The translations under genes were made by a program, and so were the position numbers. DNA of 64,000 nucleotides from Eledone cirrhosa (Eukaryota), in contig OZ024749.1 in NCBI GenBank assembly GCA_964016885.1, positions 53,258,001-53,322,000 of the forward strand, in the 5' to 3' direction. Every line of letters starts with the position of its first letter. Positions within the stretch are counted from its first letter, which is position 1. The notes under the pieces were generated by a model, which ran no database searches, was not told the origin of the DNA, and saw only the letters and a list, made by a program, of their open reading frames with translations. Below are positions 28,070 to 40,434 of the stretch, one piece after another.

Positions 28070-28436
28070 TACAGTAGAATACACTATTACATATAGTAGA
28101 GTACACTATTACACACTGCAGAGTACACTATTACATATAGTAGAGTACACTATTACACACTGCAGAGTACACTATTACACACTGCAGAGTACACTATTAG
28201 ACACTGCAGAGTACACTATTAGACACTGCAGAGTACACTATTACATATAGTAGAGTACACTATTACACACTGCAGAGTACACTATTACATATAGTAGAGT
28301 ACACTATTACACACTGCAGAGTACACTATTACATATAGTAGAGTACACTATTACACACTGCAGAGTACACTATTACATATAGTAGAGTACACTATTACAC
28401 ACTGCAGAGTACACTATTACATATAGTAGAGTACAT
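28070..28436. repeat. 22-bp minisatellite with two alternating variants
   Basis: agagtacactattacacactgc / agagtacactattacatatagt. Confidence 0.95.
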
Positions 28437-28695
28437 TAAATAGCTATAGTTATGTCTGGGTTCTGATTATTCTCTCTAACGTTGTGGTTTGACAAAAAGA
28501 TCGATAATATATGTAAATATACGTACACCCACACTCACATACACACATACACATACACACACACATACACACACATATATGTGTCGTTTACTTTGTTATA
28601 TATATGTGTGTGTGTGTGTGTGTGTTTGTTTGTATATATATATATATATATTGTCCTTTGCTTTGTTATATATATATATACACACTGTGTCGTTT

Positions 28696-28758
<63 letters not shown>

Positions 28759-29446
28759 TGCTTTTTGCATTAAATTTGATCTGTCTCGCTCTACTTGTTC
28801 GTGAAGCTTATTTCGAGTGTTTAAAAGGCCACAGAATTTAAATGCTTACAAAAAGAAGCATCCACAATGGTTTCATATAATCTAGATCTCTGTCTCTCTC
28901 CCCCACCACCTCAGTCTCTCTCCCTCACCACCTCAGTCTCTCTCCCTCACCACCTCAGTCTCTCTCCCTCACCACCTCAGTCTCTCTCTCACCACCTCTG
29001 TCTCTCTCTCTCACCACCTCTGTCTCTCTCCCTCACCACCTCTGTCTCTCTCTCTCACCACCTTTGTCTCTCGGTCTCTCTCACGCCATCTCTCGCTCCC
29101 CCCTCCCCCTCTCTCCACCTCCCCTCTCTCCACCCCATCCCCCTCTTTCTCCACCTCCCTCTCTCTCTCTCTGTATCTCTCTCCCCTCCTCTTTCTCTCT
29201 CCCTTCCACTGTTCGTATCTTCCCCTCTCTCTCTATCTCCTCTCTCTCTGCCTCTTTATCTCTCTCTCTACCCCCCCCCCTCTCTCACAATGTTCACTGA
29301 ACAAAAGCAGAATTACTGATTATTTCAAGACTTATTTCCTTTTAGCATTTCTACTTCATATAACTTAGTAGCTATTGATACGGCTGGATACCTGTAATTG
29401 CATCGGGGAAAAGAACGCGAGTCGGGGTGGTGGAGGGAATTGCAAT

Positions 29447-29487
<41 letters not shown>

Positions 29488-29800
29488 TGTGTGTGTGTGT
29501 GTCTGCCTGTGTCTGCGTGTGTCTCTGTGTCTCTGTCTGTATGTGTCTGTCTGTCTGTGTGTGTGTGTGCCTGTGTGTCTGTCTGTCTCTGTGTGTTTTG
29601 TTCTGGTAAAACCATATCTACCGGAGATGTCACATGACAGTTGGAGGTGGGGAAGTCTCTCACCTTTTGACAAATTTGGTGACACTGTCTGACTGTCTGT
29701 CTTCATCTGTTCCTCATCTCTTGGATCTTTGGTTTGCTGCCAAATCGCAATATTTCAACGTGTATTAATGGGTCCTTTTCTCTCTCTCTCCCTTTCTCTC

Positions 29801-29832
<32 letters not shown>

Positions 29833-30859
29833 CGTGACCCTCACACACAGTTAACTCTGATGTGGCCCCAGGGATCTGTTTTATATTTCAATCTATCTCT
29901 CTCTCTTTCATGTCATCAACGACTTAATTGCCGTTACCCCTAACAACCACCCTACACCTCCCACATCACACTACCTCTCCCCATTTCTCCCTAACCTTTG
30001 CCACCCAATTGTCACTCATATCAGTCACATGCAATATGGCGACTTATCACCAAAATAACATTGAATCTAACTAGAGAGACATGAAAACCATCACAATGGA
30101 CGACGGCTCTCATCAACAGTTAAAAGACAAAGGCACTCCAATCAAACCAATACAAAATCTAAGATTTTCTACTTAGAATGTGTTTAATCAAATAAAAAGA
30201 AGCTGAGTTATAGAATATCATAATTCAGTCTGAATTTCCGGGATTATTTATCTTAGTTGGTAACATATCTTAATTTATAGAATCTGTCGTAGTTTTGCTT
30301 GTATTAATTGTATGAATGTTTACACAAATAAAGAGATGTTTGTTGTAGCTGTCAAACTTGTGTGAACTGTTTACAGACAAATAGAGAAATAGAGTTGCAA
30401 AAGATTGGAACTGTTTATATCTATAAGATCTGAAAATATAATTTGATACTATTGTAATGATTTCTAATTTAGACACAAGATCAGCAATTTTTCGTTTTGA
30501 TGGTGGTGGTGGTGTTGGGGAGGAGGGAGAGAGAGAGTCAACGACATCGACCTCCTTGGCTGAGCTTGATTGATTCTGTATCTTATCGACCTTTCTGGCT
30601 TACCATTGTATGCCGTGAGTTTCTCTGTCATGTGTCGGGAATAAAAGGAAACAAAACCGAGGGAAAAAGAAAAAAACTAATAATAATGATTGATAGTTTC
30701 ATTTATTGGCCACAAGGGCCGACATATAGGGGACAATACAAAAGACAGGGACAGTGGGGGTTTACATATACAACGTGTAAAGAATATAAATAACAATAAC
30801 AAAATAACAAAAATACAAGGAAAATTCCCCAATAGGGGGAAACCACCCAGGGTTCACTC

Positions 30860-31056
30860 AATAATAATTGTTTCTACTTTTGGCACAAGGCCAGCAATTA
30901 TCCCAGTGCATTACTGGTACTTTATTTTATCAAGCCCCGGAAGGATGAAAGGCAAAGTTAACCTCAGCGGGATTTGAACTCAAAACGTAAAGGGCCATAA
31001 CTCTATGCTGCAAAGCGTGATGTCCGACGTTCTACCGATTATTGCCAATCTACCAC
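30860..31056 (-). mobile_element. Dominant SINE
   Basis: Full-length match. Confidence 0.85.
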
Positions 31057-31325
31057 TAATAATCATAATACATTGTATGTAGTCCTATCAGTAGTGAATA
31101 GTAGATGACAATAGTATCTGTGTTATACAGGAGATAAGGGTAAGTAGCATGACTAAGTTTCCTACTAAATAGAGCAGAGTCAGTCGTCAAATGTGACGAG
31201 AGTGTAGGTATTCCACTCCACCTTTTACTCCAATAATATTCATCCGACGAAGGCTCTAGTTGGCAGGAAGATTAATCATGGAAAAGTAGTTCTAATTATC
31301 TTACCCCCCCCCCACACACACACAC

Positions 31326-31380
<55 letters not shown>

Positions 31381-31481
31381 GAGTGCATACGCCAGAATTT
31401 CCTCTTTTCCATATAAAGAGTGAAACTAATAACTTTTTGTACCTCTGTTGTCTCTTTGAACTATATATATATGTATATATA

Positions 31482-31667
31482 TAATAATTGTTTCTACTTT
31501 TGGCACAAGGCCAGCAATTACCCAGTGCATTACTGGTACTTTATTTTATCGACCCCGTAAGGATGAAAGGCAAAGTCAACCTCGGCGGGCTTTGAACTCA
31601 GATCGTAAAGGGACGTAACTATGCTGGAAAGCGTGTCCGACCCTCTACCGATACTGCCAATCCACCT
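31482..31667 (-). mobile_element. Dominant SINE
   Basis: Full-length match. Confidence 0.85.
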
Positions 31668-31686
31668 ATAAATGTATATATAATAA

Positions 31687-31740
31687 TAATAGTAATAATA
31701 ATCAATGTGAAGACTAAAATCCAAAGAGGGCTCGATAAGG

Positions 31741-31782
<42 letters not shown>

Positions 31783-31836
31783 CCTTATCGAGCCCTCTTT
31801 GGATTTTAGTCTTCACATTTATTATTATTACTATTA
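31687..31836. mobile_element. Family A tail as a palindrome centred on (TA)n
   Basis: aatgtgaagactaaaatccaaagagggctcgataaggataaa / tttatccttatcgagccctctttggattttagtcttcacatt; same sequence at 62670-62712 and 56261-56294. Confidence 0.75.
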
Positions 31837-31846
31837 TATACGTATT

Positions 31847-31914
<68 letters not shown>

Positions 31915-32094
31915 CGTATTTATATATATATATATATATATATATACGTATTTATATATATATATATATATATACGTATTTATATATATATATATATATA
32001 TACGTATTTATATATATATAGATATACGTATTTATTTATATATATATATATATACGTATTTATATATATATACGTATTTATATATATAATATAT

Positions 32095-32132
<38 letters not shown>

Positions 32133-32241
32133 GCTAGAGAGGTATGTATGTATTTTATATTATATGAAAGCGTCTTCTTTTTGACATTAGGTCAATTTGT
32201 TTACAAAAACAATTCTAAATACAGGGCCGATGTTATGTCAC

Positions 32242-32645
32242 TGGATTGGTATAGAATCAGTAGAGCGTCGGACGCCATGCTTAGTAATGGTTACGGCCCT
32301 TTACGTTCTGAGTTCAAATCCCGCCGAGGTTAACTTTGCCTTTCATCCTTACGGGGTCGATAAAATAAAGTACCAGTAACGCACTCGGGTCGATGTAATC
32401 GACTTTTCCCCCCACTGCCCTTCAACACTGCTGACCTTGTGTCATTAAAGGGCGGTGGATTGGCAGTATCGGTAGAAGGTCGGACGCCATGCTTTGTAGC
32501 ATAGAGTTACGGCCCTTTGCGATCTGAGTTCAAATCCCGCCGAGGTTAACTTTGCCTTTCATCCTTACGGGGTCGATAAAATAAAGTACCAGTGATACAC
32601 TGGGGGTAATTGATGGCCTTCAGCCAAAAAGTAGAAAACAATTAT
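32242..32645 (+). mobile_element. Dominant SINE, two tandem copies
   Basis: 32242-32445 and 32448-32645. Confidence 0.85.
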
Positions 32646-33387
32646 ATGGCTGATGTTTTGTTTCCAGCCTCTGAAGATTATTTATTTACCTTGGACTGGA
32701 ACTTGGAGGAACGGAACTCCGTACTTTAATCCATTTAGTTCTCATTTCAATATCTTTCCCTCAACCTCAAGAAATCTAAGTCAAACTCTATAAAAAATAA
32801 CGGTTTATTTGTATTCACTGTATTTTAAGAAATCGCTAAAAGCAAACGCGCTTCGTTGTTGGTAATGATTCAGGAATTGTGAAACAAAAGAAAAGAAAAA
32901 AGAAAACAAACAAAATAAATAAAATAAAATAAAATAAAATAAAATAAAACAAAATAAAAAGACAAAACGAGAAGAATAACGAGAGATTGTTTAACGGAAT
33001 TATATTTGAGTAGAATTAAATTGGTGGGGAAGAACAGAACAATTCGTGATGAAATAATCACTGAGGATTAATAGAGGGAGATGGGAGAGAGAGGGGGTTG
33101 AGAGAGGGGGAGGTGAGTGAGAGAGAAAGAGAGGGGTTAGAGAGAGACACGGGTGAGAGAGAGAGAGACGTGTGAGAGGAGTGAGCAATGAGGTGAGAGA
33201 GAGAGATCACATCTGGAAAAGATACAACGGCTGGCATGAAACACACTGTTGTCTAACATTTCCTTCCGTCTCTTACAAAGATAGACTGCGGTTTACTTTA
33301 GTCAGAATGGTTCTTGAGACAAAATAACAAGACACACATAATGGATATTATTGAAGGACGGAGAGAACAATAAAACTATTTCACTGA

Positions 33388-33737
33388 AGGGTGGTGGATT
33401 GCTAGTATCGGTAGAGCGTCAGACACCATGTTTTACAGCATAAAGTTATGGCCCTTTACGTTCTCAGTTCAAATCCGGCTGAGGTTAACTTTGTCTTTCA
33501 TCCTTACGGGGTTGATAAAATAAAGCACCAGTAATGTACTGAGGTAATTGCTGGCCTTGTGCCAAAAGTAGAAACAATTATTACGGGGTTGATAAAATAA
33601 AGTACCAGTGATACACTGGGGTAATTGCTGGCCTTGTGCCAAAAGTAGAAACAATTATTACGGGATCGATAAAATAAAGTACCAGTAATACAGTGTGGTA
33701 ATTGCTGGCCTTGTGCCAAAAGTAGAAACAATTATTT
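33388..33737 (+). mobile_element. Dominant SINE with triplicated ~78-nt 3' end
   Basis: acggggttgataaaataaagtaccagt...gtagaaacaattatt occurs three times. Confidence 0.85.
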
Positions 33738-33834
33738 TATTTCAACAATGTAATCGGGTGAAACAAGAGACATTAATTAGAATTAAAGAAAAACTGAGAA
33801 GAAACTAAAATTTCTATAATATTCTTATATAAGA

Positions 33835-33992
33835 AGGCAGAGTATTGTCAGTCGTTAGAACGTCAGATAAAATGCTTTGCAGTATTCGTTCCGGTACTCC
33901 GCTCTCTGAGTTCAAATCTTGCTGAGGTCAACTTTGCCTTTCATCCGTTCGAAGTCGATATAAAAAAGTACCAGTCTAGTACTGGGTCAATT
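33835..33992 (+). mobile_element. Older SINE subfamily (ccggctctctg head; gtctagtactggg end)
   Basis: Same core as the dominant SINE. Related copies at ~23620-23765, 37745-37900, 38165-38310(-), 39270-39390, 40065-40240(-), 44928-45072, 51500-51650(-), 60283-60445, 60488-60640. Confidence 0.7.
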
Positions 33993-34567
33993 CTTCCTCT
34001 ATACTTCTTTCTCATTTCTTCGCTCTATCATTCCTCCTCTCACTAGCTCGCCTTCTCTGGAAGAAATCGTGTTCCCAATATTATCTGCCTGTCATCCGTT
34101 CAAGGTCGATAAAAGAAGTATCAGTTCAGCCTTCCCTTCTATATCCATTTACTTTACGTGACAAATCAACACAACTGACACGGTTATAATATAAACTTCC
34201 ATCCTGGTGCTTTACTGTTTACATACCACAGATCAGAACGTTGACAGAATGATGCTTACATATGGAAACTTCTGGAAACTTTTCTAATCAAACAAAAAAT
34301 ACTATAACACTCACAAGTTAGTTTGTACGTCTGACTCGCAAGTTTGATTCGCGGACTTCAGAAACAGATTTTAAAAACAAACAGTTTTAGCTTTGACCAG
34401 ATAAAGCTCGACAGCCGTCAACTGATGAAGCAAACTTGTTTGTTGTCGCTGTTGCTGAAACACACACCTTATGTCAATAAGTCGAATCGTTATCTCCATT
34501 TTTTTTTTTTTTAAGCAGTGGAAAATAATCTGAAGACAAAGAACACAGATGTTTGCAAAGTTGTCAA

Positions 34568-34754
34568 TGAGGGTAGGCTGAAAAGTTGACTATAAAGGAG
34601 TGATGCTAGAGCTGTGAAATTTTGCATGCATTAATTTCAACTCTTCTTACTAATAACTGCGATGTTTCTTTCCAAGGACTCTGTTGAAAAATGAACCTCA
34701 TTTTGGTCATTCCATGAGTGTATCTTGGTCAACATATGAAGTTTTATAATCGTA
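34568..34754. mobile_element. Degenerate mariner-type MITE
   Basis: Starts tgagggtaggctgaaaagtt (mariner-like TIR); a degenerate complementary end gaagtttt...cgta. Confidence 0.4.
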
Positions 34755-35015
34755 AGAAGGAAATGCAAAAAAAAAAAAAAAATATGCTATATATTTCAAA
34801 ACCTCAGTTCAATGCTAAACATTACCTACCAGTAACCCACTGGGGCTCTATTTAATACGTTCCTCTCAATATAGCTTGATACACCACGACAGCTGAAAAA
34901 AATAAATACAAAAAACAACTGGTATTTTTTTTTAATCGACCTCGAAAGGTTGAAAGGCGAAGTTGAACCCGTCGTTTTAAAGATTCTGCTAATTTTCTGC
35001 CTTATTCTTAACATA

Positions 35016-35199
35016 CTGTATATACTCAAATAGGAGCCCAAAAATCGATTGTAAAATGGAGTGGGGGTGGCCTATATAGCCCATCTTAATGTGTTGATTA
35101 GCTGCTTCGGCTAATAAATGGGGTTTCGATTTTTACCCATTTGACAGACATAAAATAGGTGGGGTGGGGTGGGGTCAACTTATATTTGAGTATATACGG
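35016..35199. mobile_element. Tc2/pogo-type MITE
   Basis: TA-ctgtatatactcaaata ... tatttgagtatatacgg-TA. Confidence 0.7.
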
Positions 35200-35269
35200 T
35201 AATTCCCTGGCAAAAATTGCATGACTGAATGTGACATGGCTGGGGTTTTAAATCTCGTCTACTCTATTT

Positions 35270-35383
35270 CACAGACTTGGGTTGATCCGAAGTCTACTGT
35301 AATAGATGTCAGAGATTTAGATTTAAAATCGAACTCAGAACCTCGTGATTTCGAAGCGGACTTCCTAACCACTCAGCCACGCC
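35270..35383 (-). mobile_element. tRNA-headed SINE fragment (third family)
   Basis: Minus strand ggcgtggctgagtggttaggaag...ctgagttcgatt has clear A and B boxes. Confidence 0.65.
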
Positions 35384-36265
35384 AGAGTCCGCTCACTTGA
35401 CAATAATATTATTTTTCTTTCCCTGATATCTTCATTCTGTTCCTGATTATATATATTTTGTTTATACATTTTATCTGTTCTTCTTTTGTGTAATGGACGC
35501 CACGTTGCTTTGCTCCGTTGATATTTTAAACTACCAATTATGGTCATGTTATTTTGTATCTAGCGTGATCATCGAATTTCAAACATCCAGTCGTTATTGA
35601 ATTAGTCGGAATCTGTACTTTAAATACACCGAATAGTTAACTGCATCGTGATTCGGTTTGCTCGCTTGTGTGCGTGTTTTAAACACCCAACAGAAACTCA
35701 TCTACATTCGGCTGTCGTTCTCATAACTCAATAAAATATTCAACAAGCATTCGCTAGCTAAAGAAAAGCTAATATTCCCATACAATAATGACTTGCGGGC
35801 ATAATGGAAGAATTAATTAATTTTACTCGGAATTCTTATAGCGAATAACATTTATCAATAATTGCAACACGACACATCTTGTGGCTTTTATGAATATTAA
35901 CTGGCAATCTACATTCTCCTTCCAATATCACTTGGTTAAATATTGGAAGAAGTAGCTAATGTTTATTATATTTCTTAGCAATATTAATGTCATTTTCGAG
36001 AAGCGAATCATACATACACTGTTAGTGTGGCTGTGACATATTTTAATATAAAGAGATACATATGTTAGTGTCGCTTCAAGACTACAGTGCTCGGCCAACT
36101 ATAAACATATACGTGTGCTGCAAACACGAATGCTGCTGCTTCTTCTTCTCCTCCTACCTGGGAACAGCATAAATAGATTGTATTGGAGGAGGCTGGTCGG
36201 TAGATTCTAAACAAGAGAAGAATAGATATCACGCACATAACAAAATGAAACAGAAACCACACACG

Positions 36266-36297
<32 letters not shown>

Positions 36298-37387
36298 CGA
36301 GAGAGAGAGAGGGGGAGAGTGTGTGTGTCTGCGGTTCTAAGACCGAAGAGACCATTAATCATGGGACTACTTAATGCATGAGGAAATGCAGAGAGGGTAT
36401 AGAGATAGATATGATTCCAACATACATACATACACACAATTAGATTTATCAATGTAGATGCGTGTTGGCGTCCGTATATAGAAATGCAAACAGTTACATA
36501 GGAAAAACTACAGACGCATCTTTAGTTCGTCAGCCACCTTACTGGCAGTGCAGTTTCGTGCATTAATTTAGTACCGCACTTGTGAAGCCAGTTTGTGCAA
36601 CAGATAGAATGATCGATTTGTTAGAGGAGATGCACGTGAGACAATAACAAAACAAAACAAAGAACGAATGGACAGGAAAACCTATTGAAGTCTTTCGACA
36701 TATGACTAGAAATAAATGGACAACAGACAAATAATTTGGAAAATAATCAATAATTTGAAATAATTTTATTATATAACTAAAACCAGTGTTAAGGTTCTTA
36801 CATAAAATTATAATGGAAGGTTTTGTTTTTTAGATAAATATAAACACTTTAGCCCTTTCATTGCCACATCTCTAATGAAATACAGTCTACAGTTTTCAGG
36901 TTCTTACATAAAATTATGATGGAAGCTTTTTAGATAATAGTAAACAGTTTAAAAGAAGCAGTAGTTATGTACTGTAGAATGATGAGCAGTTTCAGGTGGT
37001 TTGGTATCAAAACAGTTTTAAGTCAGTTGCGATTCTTATCAAACCAAAATGACGCTGCTATCTAGAATGTTATGAAAATAACAATAAGAAAATAATTTAA
37101 AGCATAGAGATATAACAGCCAAGATATATATCACAGGATGTTTGAAACAAGTTGAATTTTCCAGAATGCGGAAGAGCAATGACTTGGCATGAAACTTAAT
37201 CCAAAGCAATTAACATATCTGCTTTCTCTCAGATGATTTATTAAAGAATTGGTAAACCGAAACTCTTGTAAAAGAGCTGCTAAATATAGAGTGAAGATCA
37301 TACCAGATAATTCTGGCAAACAAGTTAGCAAGGAAATTTCTACGAGTTTCCACAATTCGCCTGAAATAGCAGCCAAATCTTTATCAA

Positions 37388-37684
37388 ATCATCATCCTCA
37401 TCATCATTTTACGTCCGCTTTTCCCTGCTTGCAAGGGTGGGACGGGTCCTATTCAGCACAGCATCTCTCCACTTGTCACGGTCCTTCGTCATCTCCTCCG
37501 TGAACTTCAGCGATTGAGATCTGCTCTCACCACCTCCGCCCATATTTTTCATGGTCTTCCTCCACTGCGTCTTCCTTCTACTGGCATTTCTTGGCACTTC
37601 TTCACCGAGCGGTCATCCTCCATGCGCATCACATGTCCATACCATCGCAGTCTTCTCTCCCGCACACTACAACTTATCCCTCTT
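37388..37684 (-). mobile_element. Second RTE-clade LINE 3' fragment with (GAT)n tail
   Basis: Minus-strand translation VRERRLRWYGHVMRMEDDRSVKKC...GRRSGGRP...DRDKWRDAV, followed by gatgatgag repeats. Confidence 0.8.
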
Positions 37685-39425
37685 AAACAAATCTTCATCA
37701 TAGCTTCGTAATAAAAAGAATAATGTAGTCATAGATACATTACAATGGTGGTGTGTTGGCAGAGTTGGTAAGGTGTCGGATTAAAAATACCTCGGTATTT
37801 GTTCCGGCTCTTTGCGCTCTCTGTGTTCGGAGGTCAACTTTGCCTTTCATCCTTTCGACGTCGATAGATAAAGTACCAGTCTAATACTGGGGTTGAATTC
37901 GTCGGGGTGACGTAGTGACATTTTAAACCTGGCAGAGCTAATCCCTTCCCCAGGCCTGGCCAAAAACGGTTTCTTCGAGAGAATGAGAGAAGAAGTGAGA
38001 AAGAGATATAGAAGAAAAATCGACGGCATTCCTAGGACATCTTTTTAAAACCTAGTGGAGCCCATCTCCTTTCAAGGTCTAAATACAGCAGATTTCTTCA
38101 AGAGAATGATAGACAGGGAGAGAGAGGGAGTGAGAAAGAGATTCAGAAGAAAAATTGGCTTTAATACTAGACTGGTACTTTATTTATCGACTTCGAAAGG
38201 ATGAAAGGCAAAGTTGACCTTGGCGGGTTTCGAACTCGGAGAACAGAGAGCCAGAATTAATACCGCAAAGTATTGTATCGGACGCTCCAGCGACTCTGTT
38301 AATTCGCCGCCATTTCACTAAATATCGCTTTTAATATGTTAAGAAGTAAAACGACCGAGAACTAGTGAATAGGATAACGATTCTGCCAATTTGTCGACTA
38401 AAATAATAAGTAGAAGAGAGAGAGAGAGAGAGACTATATTTCTGAAGTAGAATTGGATAATAGAATCAACACTTCAGTAGTTTTTTTTTTTTAATATATT
38501 TATTCCTTATCACGCATGAGCTAAACTAACGGATACGAACATAGAGTTTCTATTCGTTTCCGTTATGAATGTGAAGAGACAGTTGTAGCGAATGCGCCCC
38601 CCCCCCCCCCCCCACTCTCTCTCTCTCTCTCTCTCTCTCTGAGGAAGTGAGGGGGAAAAATTATAGATTGCGGGGAATGTGGTTTAAAATTAGTGACAGA
38701 TATTAATTAGATGAATTATTAACCAATATATGAACTCTCACTAACTTGTCTTCAATTTAAAAGAAAAAGAAAATCTATACCTTGTCAAAAATGTCAACCT
38801 TTATAAAGTGACGTTAATTTAAACAAACGTTTTTTAATGGGTTCCTTTTCTTTGTGGTGTTGGAGGTGTAGGGAACGCTACAGCGCAGCAGATGGTTTTC
38901 CCATCATACTTTTTTTTCTTTTTTTTTTTCATATATATTTTAAGTTTTGATTATTTTATAACGATGTTTCTCGTTTGGTCACATGATTTATCTGTTGTTT
39001 TCTAGTTTCCATAGTGACTTAGTAATCTTCCGAAAGAATGCAGCTGGTAACGTGTTTTCCATTAGCTGCAGCAACGTGTTGCAGTGTGTCGCTCTCTCTC
39101 GATAAAACACTTGCACTCGATCACTCGACATAGACGCAAGCTGCAACATTTCCAGTCCAACCGCTATACTCATAAATGCCTGACTCAATGAGGTTCTATT
39201 ACAGAACGCCGAGTTGATAAATATTTCTTACGATAGATATCTCCACATATATCTACTGTATTTTTAATATTAGGTGGTGAAATGACAGTCGATAGAAAGG
39301 TTGGATAGAATACCTTGCGGCATTTGTTTCGGAACTCTGTTCTGAGTTCAAATCCCGCCGAAGTCAACCTTGCCTTTCATCCTTTCGACGTGTGCAGCAG
39401 TCAGGCGTCAAAACTACAAACTTTA

Positions 39426-39575
39426 CCGTTTAACGTCTATTTTCCACGCCAGCATGGGTTAGACGAGTTGTCCTGGCATTGTGAGACAAGTCAGATCAGA
39501 TGACCCTGTCTTGCTCATACAGAATTGTTTCTCGTTCGGTTCTATGGCTGGATGTCCTTCCTAACACCAACCACA
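39426..39575 (-). mobile_element. SINE 3' part with RTE-derived end and Nin-like core
   Basis: tttaacgtctattttccacgccagcatgggttagacg resembles the LINE end at 37406-37444; ggctggatgtccttcctaacaccaacc resembles the reverse complement of the Nin-type SINE core as I recall it. Confidence 0.55.
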
Positions 39576-39880
39576 GAGTGTACTGGGTATTTTTTGTCGT
39601 GTCATCAACACATCCACTTTACAGTGTGGATTGGGTACGTTTTGTCGTGACACCTACACGACTACTTTACAGGGTGAACTGGGTATTTTTTGTCGTGACA
39701 CCTACACGACCACTTTACAGGGTGGACTGGGAACGTTTTTGTCGTGACACCTACACGACCACTTAGTGTGGAATGCGTACGTTTTCTCGTGACACCTACA
39801 CGACTACTTTACAGGGTGTACTGGGTACATTTTGTCGTATCACCAACACGACCAATTTACAGGGTGTACTGGGTGCTTTT
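39572..39880. repeat. ~48-bp minisatellite, ~6.5 copies
   Basis: Unit approx actttacagggtgaactgggtattttttgtcgtgacacctacacgacc. Confidence 0.85.
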
Positions 39881-40434
39881 TATAATATTGAATAGAGAAA
39901 TGTACATGAATAGAATAAAATGAATGTCTCTTCCTTAATTTTTCCAAAATATAAATTTATTTAAAATTATTTTCAAAATTCCTAACAATTTTCATTTCAT
40001 ATTTTTTGTTTTTTTCACTAGAGTTTTTTTTTTCGTTAATGATTAAATAACGATGACAATAACATTGATTTTTAATTTAGGCACAAGGCCAGCAAAGTTT
40101 TTTTTTTTTTTTTTTTTTTTTGGTGGGCAGGGCAAAGTTAATTAAATCAACCCCCAGCACTTGACTGGTACTTTATTTTATCAACCCCGAACGGATTGAA
40201 AGGCAAAGTTGACCTCGGCGGGATTTGAAACCAGAGCGCAGAACAAAAGGAGTTAATAAGAACAAATAAACATTTCACAAACCTAATAAACTGTTCTGGT
40301 GCTGCGATATTCGAGAAATAGTTAACATGTTAAAAATATTTTTTTGGGGGGAGGGGAAGAAAAATCAATTGAAACTGTTTGGCGAGAAGCATATTGAAAA
40401 AAAATTAGAACTTTTTTGTTTTTAAGATAGAAAT

